Numbered from the stretch's first letter, positions 1-11,828 are shown. The stretch: DNA of 64,000 nucleotides from Bdellovibrionales bacterium (GCA_965219095.1 CBDCMT010000001.1:1-64000), one strand, 5' to 3'. Notes: a model not told the origin generated them from the letters alone. Numbers and translations: made by a program.

Positions 1-1348
1 TCCCGGAAATCTGTGGGTGAAAAGTAGTAGAAATCCCCCAAAGAGCTCATATTAATCAAAGTAAGAGTAAGACATTCTATCTTGTATTTTTGAGTTCTTT
101 GAGGCCTTTACTGGCCTCTATCACCTCCGGTGATTGAACTCAAAAACATTCTTTTATTTGCTGTATTACATTAAAATTTTAAAAAAGAAGCACCTACTTC
201 CCAGATGCCTTAAATGTTATTCAAAAAAAAAAAAAGGAGGGAAGAGATGCTTTTGAAGACTATACTAAATGATTGTTTAAGATGGAAGTCTTTTGTATAC
301 GGAGACATTTATTTTTCAAAAGATAGAAAGTCAATTAATGTTCCTATTAAGGCTCGTAAAAATGGCCAAGCTTTTTGTAGTGTTTGTAAGAAGCCCTGTT
401 CAGTGTATGACAGCAGTAAATCATCACGGGACTTTGAATCCCTTCCTATTTTAAGTTACAGGGTGTTTTTTGTTTATTTTGTAAGAAGAGTTAATTGTCC
501 TTGCTGTGGGGTAAAAGTTGAGTATTTACCTTGAGCCGATGGTAAGAAGAGTTTAACGATCTTTTACATGAAGTATTTAGCAGACTGGTGTCGTCACCTG
601 TCTTGGAAAGAGGTTTCTTGTAAGTTTCAGGTCAGTTGGAATCAGGTCTATGCTTCAGTGGAGTGGGTTGTAGAGTATGGTTTAAAACAGAGGGTTTTAA
701 AGGGATATATGCTATAGGAGTCGACGAGATACAATGGAAAAAGAACCATCAGTATCTCACCTTAGTCTATGAAATAAGCAAAGAAAGTGTTTGTTTGTTA
801 TGGATAGGAGAAAAAAGAACAGAAAAGAGTTTTAGAAAATTCTTTGATTTACTAGGAGAGAAGTCAAAAGAGATAAAGAAGATGGGTATGAACCCCTTTT
901 AACAAAAGCTAGATGGCCCTTGTTAAAAAATGCAGAAAATTTAAAATCTTATGAGAAAGTAAAATTAAGGCATTTAATACAGTACAATTTAAAAAGTATC
1001 CGCTGTTATCTTTTAAAAGAAGACTTCCGACAGTTATGGACCTATGTTTCACCAACTTTGGCTGGTAAATTTATAGACAGTTGGACGAGACGAGTCATGC
1101 TTTCAAAAATTGAACCTATGAAAAGAAAAGCAAAAACCATACAAAGACATAAGCTACTTATTCTTAATTACTTCAAGGCTAAAAAAACCTTCTCCTCAGG
1201 GATTGTAGAGGGTTTAAACAACAAAGTAAAACTCACTATGAGAAAATCTTACGGCTTTAGAACCTCTAAAGCTATAAAAATCGCCTTATATCATAACCTT
1301 GGAAAACTGCCAGAACCTCCGGGAACCCACAGATTCTTTTGAGGAGGC
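1..1348 (+). mobile_element. ISL3-family IS, degenerate (left end cut by window edge)
   Basis: ORF pieces 214-534, 636-902 and 920-1342 match the ISL3 copy at 46751-48267 (zinc finger CSVC..CPCC, GVDE, SGIVEGLNNKVKL..RKSYGFR). Carries TGG>TGA at 532-534, a frameshift and an internal deletion near 880. Right end ...ttcttttgaggaggc. Confidence 0.92.
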
Positions 1349-1470
1349 TAAATTCTTAAACTAAAGGGTCAAAAAGAAATAAAAAGCTATCACTTAAGTT
1401 AGAAATTAAAAGAATAAAAAAAGAAAGGTTCATTTATTACAAATAAAGGTAACTGTTCACTTCTGTAAGT

Positions 1471-3890
1471 TGTAATAGTCGCGACTTAATCTGACACGTC
1501 TCGAAATGTCAAAGAGATGAAAAGAGGTTACCCTTTTAAATAAACAATACCACCCCAAAGGGTGGAGAAAGGATAACAAAAATGACATATCAAGAAAGAA
1601 TTATAAAATCAAAAGTAGGTCTTTTGCAATTAGCAGAAGAGTTAGGCAATGTATCTCAAGCTTGTAAGGTGATGGGCTTTTCAAGAGATACATTTTATCG
1701 TTACAAGACACTCAAAGAGGAAGGAGGTTTAGAATCATTAAGAGAGCAAAGTGAACTTCCCCTGTTTCTGCGGACAGTCAATTTTCTCTTAAAGTCTCCA
1801 TAAAATGGAGGTAAAAGAAAGAATGGAAAAAAGTAAAACAGTACTCGGAAGAGTTTAAAAAGCAAGCCATTGAATTGGCAGAGGAAATAGGTGCAAAGGA
1901 AGCCTCAGAGAAGCTAGGACTGAGAAATTTCCAAGTGATAAGCTCTTGGAAGCGTTTTCTAAAGCCTGAAGTAGAAAGACAAGCTTCCCATGACTTGGCT
2001 TCGGCATTGGAGGAAATAAAGAGGTTAAAAAAGGAGCTGGTCTATGAGAGGCGGAGTGTAGGTATATTGAAAGAGGCAGCGGCTTTTTTTTCAAAGGAAA
2101 TCCTGAAATGAGATTTAAGGCTATGTTTTATGTAAAAGAGAAAGGGCATCCAGTGCTTCGCATCTGCGAATTATTAAGAGGATCTCGTTCTGGTTTTTAT
2201 AGTTTTTTAAAAACCAGGGGAAAGCTTGAAAAGGATAAAAATCTGGAGAAAAACATAGAATCTATTTTTAAAAAAAATAAAGGCTGTTATGGTTCCCCCA
2301 GGGTGTATAGGGAATTAAAGCGTTGCGGAGTGAGTGCTGGAGAAAACAAAGTAGCTCGAATTATGAAACTAAAGAATCTCAGTGCCCGTCAGAAAAAACC
2401 CTATGTTCCTAGAACAACAAAGAATAACCCTCTCATGATAAAGAATAACCCTCTCATGATTAAGTCTCCTCGGTTGTTTAAGACAGGACAGAGCCAAGCA
2501 GGAAAAGAAAACCAGGTATGGTGTTCGGATTTAACCTATATTCCTTTTAGAGATAAATTTCTGTATTTGGTTGTATTTTTAGATGTCTATAATCGAGAGA
2601 TTAAGTCTTGGAAGCTCTGTGAGAGCTTGGACGGGGTTCATTCAAAACAGGCTCTGAGAGCCGCAGTCCAATCTGTTTCTGGGAACTTAGAGGGCTTGAT
2701 AATCCACTCGGATCAAGGGGTTCAATATTGTTGTGAAGGGTTTAGAAAAGAATTGAAATTCTTTGGCCTCAAGCAATCTATGTCTAGGAAAGGAAATTGT
2801 TATGATAATGCGTTTGTGGAGAGCTTTTTCCATACGTTGAAGGATGAACTGGAATACAAAGACTGTACAACAAAGGAAGAGTTGGAGAAAAAAATTGCAA
2901 TTTACATGGATTGGTATAACAAGGTAAGAATGCATTCTTCCTTGAAATACATGAGCCCAAAAGAATTTAAACAAAGGAGGGCTTTAAGAACATAAAAACT
3001 GTCCACTTTTTTGGGGGAAGATCAATAGAACTTCCTGCCTATGGACAGTTGAGAGCGTCCAATGAGTTAAGGAAAAAAGGAATTTTTATTTCTCCTGCAG
3101 GAGTTAGAGGGGTCTGGCTGAGAAATAATTTAGAGACTTTCAAAAAGCGTTTGAAAGCTTTAGAAAAGAAGTCTGCAGAGGAAGGCTTGGTTTTCACAGA
3201 GGAGCAGTTACAAGCCCTAGAGAAGAAGAAACAAGAGGATTTAGAGTGCGGAGAGGTAGAGACAGCTCATCCTGGTTATTTAGGCTCACAGGACACTTTT
3301 TATGTGGGAACTATGAAAGGTGTAGGACGTCTTTATCAACAAACCTTTGTGGACACTTACTCAAAAATTGCTTTCTGTAAGCTCTATAAAACGAAAACAC
3401 CTATTACAGCAGCTGACCTTCTCAATGATAGAGTGTTTCCTTTTTTTGAAGACCATGATGTGCCCCTGCTTCGTATGTTAACAGATAGGGGTACAGAGTT
3501 CTGTGGAGTTCAAGATCGTCACGATTATGAGCTTTATTTGGCTATCAATGATATAGAGCACACAAAAACAAAGGCAAGACATCCTCAAACCAATGGCATC
3601 TGTGAAAGATTTCATAGAACAATTTTAGAGGAGTTTTATCAAGTGGAGTTTAGAAAAAAAGTGTACAAAAGCATAGAAGAGTTGCAGTCTGACCTTGACT
3701 TGTGGCTTGTGAAATATAATGAAAGGAGAACTCATCAGGGAAAAATGTGTTGTGGTCGAACACCTATGGAAACTTTCCTTGACGGAAAACAAAAAGTAAG
3801 GCAAAAGATGATTGAACAGAACGAAAACTGACAGACAGTTTTTTATCAACCCAGAAAGGGTAACTGTCAGATCATATAACGTCTATTACA
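1471..3890 (+). mobile_element. IS481-family IS interrupted by IS3
   Basis: TGT...ACA ends; 7-bp TSD tgtaagt (1464-1470 / 3891-3897); transposase split into 1582-1751 and 3025-3831 with about 80 bp missing. Confidence 0.95.
1752..3024 (+). mobile_element. IS3-family IS (orfA frameshifted; orfB 2108-2995)
   Basis: TG..CA ends (tgaacttcccc / gggggaagatca); orfB motifs WCSDLTY, HSDQGVQY, DNAFVESFF; 21-bp duplication (KNNPLMI x2) relative to the 52838 copy. Confidence 0.95.
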
Positions 3891-4206
3891 TGTAAGTTTT
3901 TATTTAAAACCATAGAGATCGCTTCTAAAGAAGAATCCCCTCTATTTCTCATTGTTTTAACATAGCTGGTAATACGACAAAAATATTTCGCCATTTCTTC
4001 TGTCCTGAAACACCATAACACTTTCTTATTCACCTTACCTGTGATAGTTGCAACTATCACAGGTAAAATTTAAAATGAAAAAAATCAGTTACACAATTTA
4101 ATTTATAGGCTCTTTTCCCAAAGCTATCGTGACTAACTTAATCCCATAAGCATGAGCTGTGGCTCAAAAAAAATAGATTTGACCTGTTGTTTTTCACCTT
4201 TTTCTA

Positions 4207-4929
4207 TTAAAATTCTTCCTTTTCATTTAAGTAACGCCAGCATCCTAACTTCAAAGAACCTAATTTTATCTTGCCAATTCTCACTCTTTTTAAATCCATA
4301 ACTTTAAGTTCTACGAGACGACACATTCTCCTAATTTGTCTTTTTCTACCTTCCTTTAAAATAAGATGAAGGATCTCCTTTTTTATTTGTGTCACTTTAG
4401 TTTTTTTCAATTTCTTACCATCAAGACTAAGACCATATCTTAATTTCTTTATTTTTTCTTCAGTAATTTTACCTTTTACTGTGAGTTCATATTCTTTTTC
4501 CATATCAGATCGAGGCCCTATAATTTTTTTTACTAAACTTCCTTTTTGAGTCATGACTAGTAAGCCTTGAGAATCATAATCCAGTCGGCCGGCACAAGCT
4601 AAACCTTTTAAATATTTTTTCTCAAATTTTTTTTCAGAAAATAAAGGATCTTGATTGTTCTTCCGGATTAAAGAAATAGCAGGTAAAAATCCTTTTTCAG
4701 CTTGAGAAGAAACATAACCTTTAGGTTTATAGAGGAGAAAGGTTTTCTGCTCTATAAGAAAGTTTTGAGCTTTTCGATGAAGTGTAATGGAACATTGACT
4801 TGAAAATTTCACTCCTTGTTTTAAGATGGTTTCTCCATTAACAACAAGCCATCCTTTATTGATAAAAAATTCAGCCTCTCTTCTAGAACAAATTCCTCTC
4901 TCAGACATAATTTGACTTAGTCGTTTCAT
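4207..4929 (-). CDS. rRNA pseudouridine synthase, RsuA/RluF family with S4 domain
   Basis: CSRREAE S4 motif, YKPKGY, catalytic GRLDYDSQGLL, EGRKRQIRRM. Confidence 0.92.
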   Translation of the reverse strand: MKRLSQIMSERGICSRREAEFFINKGWLVVNGETILKQGVKFSSQCSITLHRKAQNFLIEQKTFLLYKPKGYVSSQAEKGFLPAISLIRKNNQDPLFSEKKFEKKYLKGLACAGRLDYDSQGLLVMTQKGSLVKKIIGPRSDMEKEYELTVKGKITEEKIKKLRYGLSLDGKKLKKTKVTQIKKEILHLILKEGRKRQIRRMCRLVELKVMDLKRVRIGKIKLGSLKLGCWRYLNEKEEF

Positions 4930-5643
4930 TTACTTTACAGGTTGATTGCTATTAAGCCGAATTCCTCCATCTAAAGGCAAAACACTACCTGTCATCCATG
5001 ACATTACAGCTAGAAAATAAATGGCTTTAGCTACTTCAGAGGGCTTTCCCATACGTCCTAGAGGATGGAGCCTGTGAAGGGTTTTTTTTTGTTCTTCTGA
5101 GTGGTTATGAAAACTATGAATCGGTGTATCTACAATACCAGGACAAATACAATTGACCCTTACTCCAGATCGCCCCCACTCCAAAGCCAAATGCTCTGTT
5201 AAAGCCACAAGGGCTTGTTTCATAGCTGAGTAAGCTGATGTATGATACACTGTAGAAAGAGCACAAGTAGAGCCCACATTCACTACAGACTCTTTTACCT
5301 TTAAATATTTTAGGAACAAAACAGGTGCTAGAACGTGGATTTGAAACTGTTTTTTCCAGACAAGAGCATCTGTTGTTTCAAAAGAACTAACATGAAAGGT
5401 TCCTGCATTGTTGATTAAGATATCGATAGGTTTTTTTTGAGATGAAGTAAATTCTAAAATAGCTTTTTCATCTAAAAGATCCAGAGAAAAAACAGAGCTA
5501 GGGGAGGGGAGAGAGGAACTTAACTTTTTAAGACGGTTTTCATTTCTTGCTAAAAGCAAAGTTTCATATCCTTTTTGTGAGAAAAGACGAACTGTTGCCT
5601 CTCCTATTCCAGAACTAGCACCTGTAATCAAAACTCTTTTCAT
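4930..5643 (-). CDS. Short-chain dehydrogenase/reductase (SDR)
   Basis: TGASSGIG, NNAG, YSAMK (YxxxK), NCICPG, GRMGKPSEVA. Confidence 0.95.
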   Translation of the reverse strand: MKRVLITGASSGIGEATVRLFSQKGYETLLLARNENRLKKLSSSLPSPSSVFSLDLLDEKAILEFTSSQKKPIDILINNAGTFHVSSFETTDALVWKKQFQIHVLAPVLFLKYLKVKESVVNVGSTCALSTVYHTSAYSAMKQALVALTEHLALEWGRSGVRVNCICPGIVDTPIHSFHNHSEEQKKTLHRLHPLGRMGKPSEVAKAIYFLAVMSWMTGSVLPLDGGIRLNSNQPVK

Positions 5644-5768
5644 GAAGTTCTTTATAACCTAAAAAAAAGGAAGATATCAAGCTAGTCATTTAACAACTTG
5701 AATAATAATCATAGGACTATTCCTAAGATGATCTAAAATGACATGTTAAGTCTTTTTTCACAGAATTG

Positions 5769-5803
5769 TAGAAAAGGCAAAAAGGATAACTTTTTGCCTT
5801 TTC
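5769..5803. terminator. Hairpin downstream of the 974-aa gene, probable intrinsic terminator
   Basis: gaaaaggcaaaaag-gataa-ctttttgccttttc inverted repeat. Confidence 0.55.
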
Positions 5804-5833
5804 TTCCTCAGTGACTTGTTCTGAAAAGATTTC

Positions 5834-8758
5834 TTATATAGGAAAAGTTCTCCGGTTAATAACCTTTATATATAAAGTCTTTTGTATTAGTACAGAGCCA
5901 AAGTAGGAAATATGTAGATTTATAGGAATCTCTCTTTCTGAAGCCCTCAAAGTACTAATCTTAAAAGATGATTTCACAGTTTTATCTTGTGGAAAATCAG
6001 AAGGTGACAATACAATCTGTCTTCTATTAAGTCTTATGTATTTCTTATATTCAGGAGGAATAGATAAACTGAGAGTCACATTCCCTTGAGGGTTGTTTAC
6101 ACTTGTGTTTTTCAAATAAACAGAAAGTGTTAATCTTGTGCTTTCAACGGCCTTTTTAGGATAAACGATTTTTCGTATTTCCATCTGTAAAAGACTTGAA
6201 ATAGATAAAGAGATGACCTGGGATTTCTTTTTACCATTAGGCAGATAAGCTGTTGCTTTCAACCGTGCTCTTTGAGCCACTAAAGCATTTTTACTTATTT
6301 CAAATGTTGAGACATTTTTCACATAACAGAGAGCTTCTTCAGGAAGCCTTCTAATACTAACAACTCTTTTATCAGAAGGGATCAAAATGTTGTTAGTCAA
6401 AGCCTCTAATTCTACTTTTACATCCGAATCTCTTGTTCCTACAAAACCAAAGTTAGCAAAACTCATATGAAGTGCAAACTTATCTCCTGCAACAATAGAT
6501 CCTGGAATTTTAGCTGTCAGTTGATCAGATACGAGTTGGTTAAAGGCCAAGACAGGATGGTTCATAAAGAAATTTTCTTCGTCCTTAAGCCCTAAAGTGT
6601 ACTGTTGTTTTTTATAATCCTCAATGTTTTCGTCATAACCTTTTTGGAATCCTCTATTGTAGCCTTTCTCCCATATATCATGACTTCCTCTTTTTTTCCC
6701 TTTAGCAAATGCTTTTTGGTAAGTTTCGTTGTATCCCTCTTTATACCTTGTATCTTTATAGTCTTGAAAAGCACTCTCATAAGAAGGCACACAATTTTCA
6801 AATTTACTTGATTGATATCGTTTTTTATAAGTTCTCTTAAACTCTTTAGTTAAAGAAAGCTTAAATTTTTCTTTACAAAAATTGTTAATCTCTTCGTACC
6901 TAAAATTACAGTTATCTTCTACTTGAGGGACGACTTTATGGATCCCTTCTCTTTGGGAGATTCTTCGACAAATCCTTTCTACATTAGGTGCTTCCGAAGA
7001 CACATTTAAATCATCATGAAGAGTGGAGTTAAATCCCTCGTAAGTAGAATTATGAGTTTCCTCAAAGCTTATGGTTTCATGGTTGATAAAGGCTGCTAAA
7101 TTTCTAGAAGCTAGGGTAGAGGAGTTGTTTTCAAATTCAATACTTTTAAGTTCTCTACTCATAAGCTCTTCTCTTTTATCCTTTCTAGCTTGTTTGTAAG
7201 ATGTTTTTTTTGCTTGTCTTAAAGCTTCCTTATCTCCGGCTATTAAGCCTTCCTTATAACCTTCTTCTTCTTTTCCTGGAGTGTTCCAGCCTGATTCATA
7301 GCCTTCTTTTCGGCCCTGAGCCTTTCCTTCTGTGCGACCTTTATCGTAGCCATAGATAAGACCATGCTCTTTTCCACTCAGTCCTCCTTCTTGTCTTCCC
7401 GAATGGCTTCCATCTAAAGCACCTTCTTTTTTTCCTAAAGAAGTTCCCTTTTTAGAGCCTTCTAGAGATCCAAAATCTTGAGCCTCGCTTACAGCTTGAT
7501 TGTAAGCTGTTTTTACTTCCTTATACTTTTCATAAGCCTGGTGAGTTTGTCTTTCAGCCTCTCGGGCGTATAGGTCTTTTCTAGAATAAGATGCATTAAT
7601 TCTTTCTTTTTCTTCTTCCTTGTAGAATATCTCTGAATTTAAAGAGGAGATCCTTAACTCCACTCTAGGAATCTCTCTTTCATAGAAAGAAATTCTCTTT
7701 CTGTTTTCTTCAATTTTATTTTTAAATCGTGAAATACTTCTTCTGCTCTTTTCAATTGATTGTTCCAATCTTCTCACTTTATTCTCAGCTTCATTTTGAT
7801 TTTGAGAAAGTGTTCGCATTTTAGAAATTTGGGAGTTTACTTTTTGTTCCCTTTGTGCAAGTTTTGTTTCTAAGCCACTAACTTTTTGTTGAGCTGGTTT
7901 GAGCTTTTCTCTTATTGTTTTTATCTTTTTTTGAAGGGCAACGATTTTATTATTTTTATTTTCCCTAGCTTCTTTTAATGAAGAAATACTTTGATTTAAA
8001 AGTTTTCTTTTGGCCCTAAGATCTTCTAATTTCTTTTTTACAAGTTTAATTTTTTCTGTAATCTTCTTCTTTCTTCCCTTGTCTAATTCGTTTTTTCTTC
8101 GTTTCTTCAACCTCTCTAAAGTTTTTTCTTGAGTTGTAATCTCTTTTTTAACAGTATTTAAAAGTTGTTTATCTTTTTTCAGATCTTGATTGTGTTTTCG
8201 AACTTTCTGTTTTAAATTTTTAATTTTCTTATTAATAGGGGAAGCTTCATTCCTTACTTGTGCTTTAAGCTTATCGAGTTCATTGACTGCTTTTTTATGT
8301 TTCTTAAAAGTTCTTTGTTTTTCTCTCTTAAGCTTTTCTAATCTTATTTTTGCAAGTTTAATTTTCTCACTTATATTAGAGATTTTATTGTGCTGTTCTT
8401 GAATGTTTTCTCTCTTGATTTGGTTATCACTCCTAAGAACTTGTATGTGGTTCCTAAGCCTTCTATTATTTCTTCTTAAATTGGCAATACTTTGACGGTA
8501 ATTACTTAATTCATCTTCTAAATCTTGTTTTGTTCTATTGAGTCTTACAAGCTCATTGATCACATACTGAAGATTTTCATACTCTCTATTAGCTATTCCT
8601 CTTAGTTCAGTAGATTTTTCTTTGGAAGCTTCGTACTTTTCTAAATACTTTCTAAAATCTAAGTGATCAGGCAATGAAGCCGATGAAAAAATCCCAGTCA
8701 AAAGAATACTACTTATCACCATGAAAAACTTTTTTTGGATTTGAAGTTTCTTTATCAT
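5834..8758 (-). CDS. Large secreted coiled-coil protein with GxxxG repeats and beta-rich C-terminus
   Basis: Signal-peptide-like N-terminus; about 370 aa K/E/R-rich heptad region; GxxxG run (GSKKGTSLGKKEGALDG...); aggagg RBS upstream. Confidence 0.75.
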   Translation of the reverse strand: MIKKLQIQKKFFMVISSILLTGIFSSASLPDHLDFRKYLEKYEASKEKSTELRGIANREYENLQYVINELVRLNRTKQDLEDELSNYRQSIANLRRNNRRLRNHIQVLRSDNQIKRENIQEQHNKISNISEKIKLAKIRLEKLKREKQRTFKKHKKAVNELDKLKAQVRNEASPINKKIKNLKQKVRKHNQDLKKDKQLLNTVKKEITTQEKTLERLKKRRKNELDKGRKKKITEKIKLVKKKLEDLRAKRKLLNQSISSLKEARENKNNKIVALQKKIKTIREKLKPAQQKVSGLETKLAQREQKVNSQISKMRTLSQNQNEAENKVRRLEQSIEKSRRSISRFKNKIEENRKRISFYEREIPRVELRISSLNSEIFYKEEEKERINASYSRKDLYAREAERQTHQAYEKYKEVKTAYNQAVSEAQDFGSLEGSKKGTSLGKKEGALDGSHSGRQEGGLSGKEHGLIYGYDKGRTEGKAQGRKEGYESGWNTPGKEEEGYKEGLIAGDKEALRQAKKTSYKQARKDKREELMSRELKSIEFENNSSTLASRNLAAFINHETISFEETHNSTYEGFNSTLHDDLNVSSEAPNVERICRRISQREGIHKVVPQVEDNCNFRYEEINNFCKEKFKLSLTKEFKRTYKKRYQSSKFENCVPSYESAFQDYKDTRYKEGYNETYQKAFAKGKKRGSHDIWEKGYNRGFQKGYDENIEDYKKQQYTLGLKDEENFFMNHPVLAFNQLVSDQLTAKIPGSIVAGDKFALHMSFANFGFVGTRDSDVKVELEALTNNILIPSDKRVVSIRRLPEEALCYVKNVSTFEISKNALVAQRARLKATAYLPNGKKKSQVISLSISSLLQMEIRKIVYPKKAVESTRLTLSVYLKNTSVNNPQGNVTLSLSIPPEYKKYIRLNRRQIVLSPSDFPQDKTVKSSFKISTLRASEREIPINLHISYFGSVLIQKTLYIKVINRRTFPI

Positions 8759-8884
8759 TTTATCCTCCTTCTTTTTATTTTTTTCTTGTTTTTTCTTATC
8801 TTATTCGAAGCCCAAATGTTCTGTCAAATTTTAATCGGCACATAGGGTTAATATTATAATCCTACTAACCTTTGATTATCTTTA

Positions 8885-9067
8885 AGGGTTTAAACAACAA
8901 AGTAAAACTCACTATGAGAAAATCTTACGGCTTTAGAACCTCTAAAGCTATAAAAATCGCCTTATATCATAACCTTGGAAAACTGCCAGAACCTCCGGGA
9001 ACCCACAGATTCTTTTGAGGAGGCCAACAGGCTCCTCCCGGGAATCTGTGGGTGAAAAGTAGCTAGA
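8885..9067 (+). mobile_element. ISL3 fragments: right end joined through a 5-bp spacer to a left end
   Basis: ...gaggaggc (9024) caaca ggctcctcccgggaatctgtggg (9030...). Confidence 0.85.
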
Positions 9068-9433
9068 ATATGTCAAGATGGAATGCAAGATCCCTTCTTC
9101 TCTCTGTCTTCTACACCCAAGCTCTGCATAGAAGAATTTTTAGAATGTTATGATAAAAAACCCACAAATCATCGTCTTAGAGCAAAAAAGGAATATAAAA
9201 AAAGCTTTTTTGCTCTTCGCCATCTAAAAACATATTTAGTCCTATCTCATATCTCATCAATATTCTTAATAGTGATTGAATTTTCATATATGAACTGGTT
9301 AGTCTTTTATTTTTATACATCTTAAATTTTTAAAGATTTCTTCCTGGAAAATTACAAAAAAAAACTCAGACAAAGCCACGCATACTCTTAGAGAGCCTTT
9401 TATGCAGTTTATGAATATAATCATAACTTGCGT

Positions 9434-9457
9434 GAGCCTCTTTTATAAAAGAGGCTC
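9434..9457. terminator. Perfect 24-bp palindrome downstream of the spondin gene
   Basis: gagcctcttttataaaagaggctc, 10 bp after the stop codon. Confidence 0.5.
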
Positions 9458-9467
9458 GTAGATTAAA

Positions 9468-10163
9468 TCAGTAAGAAATTTTTCGTACTCTTTCAATAAT
9501 AACTTTTGCTGCTTTTGAAGCAAAAGCATCTCTTATAGGTTTTAAGTCACCTATGTTCTGAAGTCCAGGGTGAGGGTGGACAAATCCTTCTCCTCCTTGT
9601 GTACCAACCCCTGCCTGATTGCAGGGAGGAGCTGGAATATGACGACAAAGTTCTGTATTGAATTCAGCCCCACTATCATAAACAGATGCTAGATAAACGA
9701 CTTTAGCTTTTTTAACAGGAAGAGAGGCTTTATCAATAGCTATAAAAGCATCATTTGTTCGAGCCAACATAGCTACGACAGATACCTTAAATCGAAAAAT
9801 GTTATCTTTGTTAGCTACAATTTTAATTTCTGTTTTTTGTCCGGGCAAAATAATACCTTCTCCAACTTGGGAACGAATGAACTTTGAGTTTGCATTGAGT
9901 TCAGAAAGAAGTGTATCTGTATTTCCATCTTGAGATAGCTCCTTAAGCCCAGAAGAAGTTTCCTGTCCTAAGTGAAATAGTTGACTATCTGGTGAATGAA
10001 TGGTCACAAGTGGTGGGGTGATGGGTTGCCCCTTTGTAAGATTGACGATTGTAATTTTGTATTCATTGCGCTGACCGCAGCACTTTTTTTCAGAGTCCTT
10101 TTCATGTGAAGCTAAGAGCATAGAACTAGAGAAAAAAAGTATTATGATGATAAGCTGTTTCAT
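9468..10163 (-). CDS. Secreted spondin-domain (Spondin_N-like) protein
   Basis: Signal peptide; NLTKGQPITPP, SGLKELSQDG, MLARTNDAF, YDSGAEFNTE, HPG motifs typical of bacterial spondin-domain proteins. Confidence 0.8.
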   Translation of the reverse strand: MKQLIIIILFFSSSMLLASHEKDSEKKCCGQRNEYKITIVNLTKGQPITPPLVTIHSPDSQLFHLGQETSSGLKELSQDGNTDTLLSELNANSKFIRSQVGEGIILPGQKTEIKIVANKDNIFRFKVSVVAMLARTNDAFIAIDKASLPVKKAKVVYLASVYDSGAEFNTELCRHIPAPPCNQAGVGTQGGEGFVHPHPGLQNIGDLKPIRDAFASKAAKVIIERVRKISY

Positions 10164-10230
10164 AATATGTTCCTCCTATTGATTTTTATTGACTTTACTT
10201 TTGTTTATCGTGATCCTATTTAAGTTCTTA

Positions 10231-10580
10231 TACCATTTCCAAAAATTAATTCAACATTTTTTAACGCATAGCATCCTGGCCTTTTTATCAAACTCTGTTA
10301 AATTTTTAGAGTGTCAAAAAAAAAAGATTTATTTACAAAGATTCAGGAGTATGATTTTCTGGCTACTTACAAAGTAGAAAGAAGTGCCAACATCAAGATA
10401 AAACTATTGGCTTTGCACCATATGCAAGAAAGAAAATCAATTCAAGAAACGTCTATGAAAACTTAAACCTCCCTTCAAAAGAAGTTTTTTTAAAATCTCC
10501 TAACTGAAGCTTTTCCTTAAATCAATTCTAAAATTTTAAATTTGAACATGAAAATGTCGAATTAATTTCTGTAATTGGTA
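10231..10580 (+). mobile_element. Internally deleted IS630 (type B) derivative, MITE-like
   Basis: Ends taccatttccaaaaattaattc / gaattaatttctgtaattggta; interior matches both ends of the element at 11969. Confidence 0.8.
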
Positions 10581-10891
10581 TTAAAACCCTTTTGTAAGAA
10601 AGGTCGATTTTAAAACTCAGACACAACAACGATATAACCTAATCTCTGACAGCATGAAAGAAACAGAAAAAGGTCACAACTAAAACTTCAGTTAATCTAG
10701 AATTAAGCCCATCTTAAGATCTAAAAGGAGATTTTTTTACCTAAAATTTCCTCAAGATTAACGTACTGATGCTTGAATTTCGTTTAAAAGGCTTCTTATT
10801 TTAAGATTCACAAACAAAAAGTTAAACAATAACTTTTCTCTAGTCACACCGCAGCTTTATTTCATTTTCTAATAGCCTCTTATAGTCTTTC

Positions 10892-11358
10892 TCATACTTT
10901 TTGAATAGCCCTCCACTTCACCACCAAATAAAGATAAGTAGGCACAAGAAATAAAGCCATCACAAGAAGTGTATAAAACACAGGTGAGCTAAAAAAATCC
11001 ATCCAAGGCTTTTTTACACCTGAAATAAACTCTTCGTAAGTTCCAGTGTAAGTAAATCGCTGAAAACCAGTTCCATCCCAACCAAAAAATAAAATAAAAA
11101 ACATACAAAAGTGACTCCCTATCACTTGCAACTTAGCTAACAACATTCTCTCAGAACGAATAAGATGATAAGTCACATAATAACCCAAAACTCCAAGAGC
11201 AGAATTAGTTGAAGCAAATAAAAACACAAGCCAAGGAGGAAGGCTTGTGTGATCAGATGCTACAAACATGGTTTCCCAACTGGGAAACTCCCATAACAAA
11301 TAAACTCCTGAAGGCGCAAATAAAAAACTAAGCCACATAAGAATTTTAGGAAAGTAAA
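10892..11358 (-). pseudogene. Multi-TM membrane protein, 5' end removed by ISL3 fragment
   Basis: Hydrophobic ORF whose predicted start (11371) lies inside ISL3 sequence. Confidence 0.6.
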
Positions 11359-11814
11359 CCCCTTTTAACATAAGCTAGATGGCCCTTGTTAAAAAATGCA
11401 GAAAATTTAAAATCTTATGAAAAAGTAAAATTAAGGCATTTAATACAGTACAATTTAAAAAGTATCCGCTGTTATTTTTTAAAAGAAGACTTCCGACAGT
11501 TATGGACCTATGTTTCACCAACTTGGGCTGGTAAATTTATAGACAGTTGGACGAAACGAGTCATGCTTTCAAAAATTGAACCTATGAAAAGAGAAGCAAA
11601 AACCATACGAAGACATAAGCTACTTATTCTTAATTACTTCAAGGCTAAAAAAACCTTCTCCTCAGGGATTGTAGAGGGTTTAAACAACAAAGTAAAACTC
11701 ACTATGAGAAAATCTTACGGCTTTAGAACCTCTAAAGCTATAAAAATCGCCTTATATCATAACCTTGGAAAACTGCCAGAACCTCCGGGAACCCACAGAT
11801 TCTTTTGAGGAGGC
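11357..11814 (+). mobile_element. ISL3 3' fragment
   Basis: ORF 11386-11808 is the ISL3 transposase C-terminus; right end at 11814. Confidence 0.92.
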
Positions 11815-11828
11815 AAGCTTTTTAATGA

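Larger units (their letters stand above)
1449..4034 (-). mobile_element. IS66-family 3' remnant interrupted by IS481
   Basis: End gtaactgttcac at 1449; 3891-4034 encodes CFRTEEMAKYFCRITSYVKT, nearly identical to 62063-62220. Confidence 0.75.

Noticed and set aside
5834..8758. SMC protein or phage tape measure
   Set aside because: No Walker motifs, has a signal peptide, and no phage genes nearby
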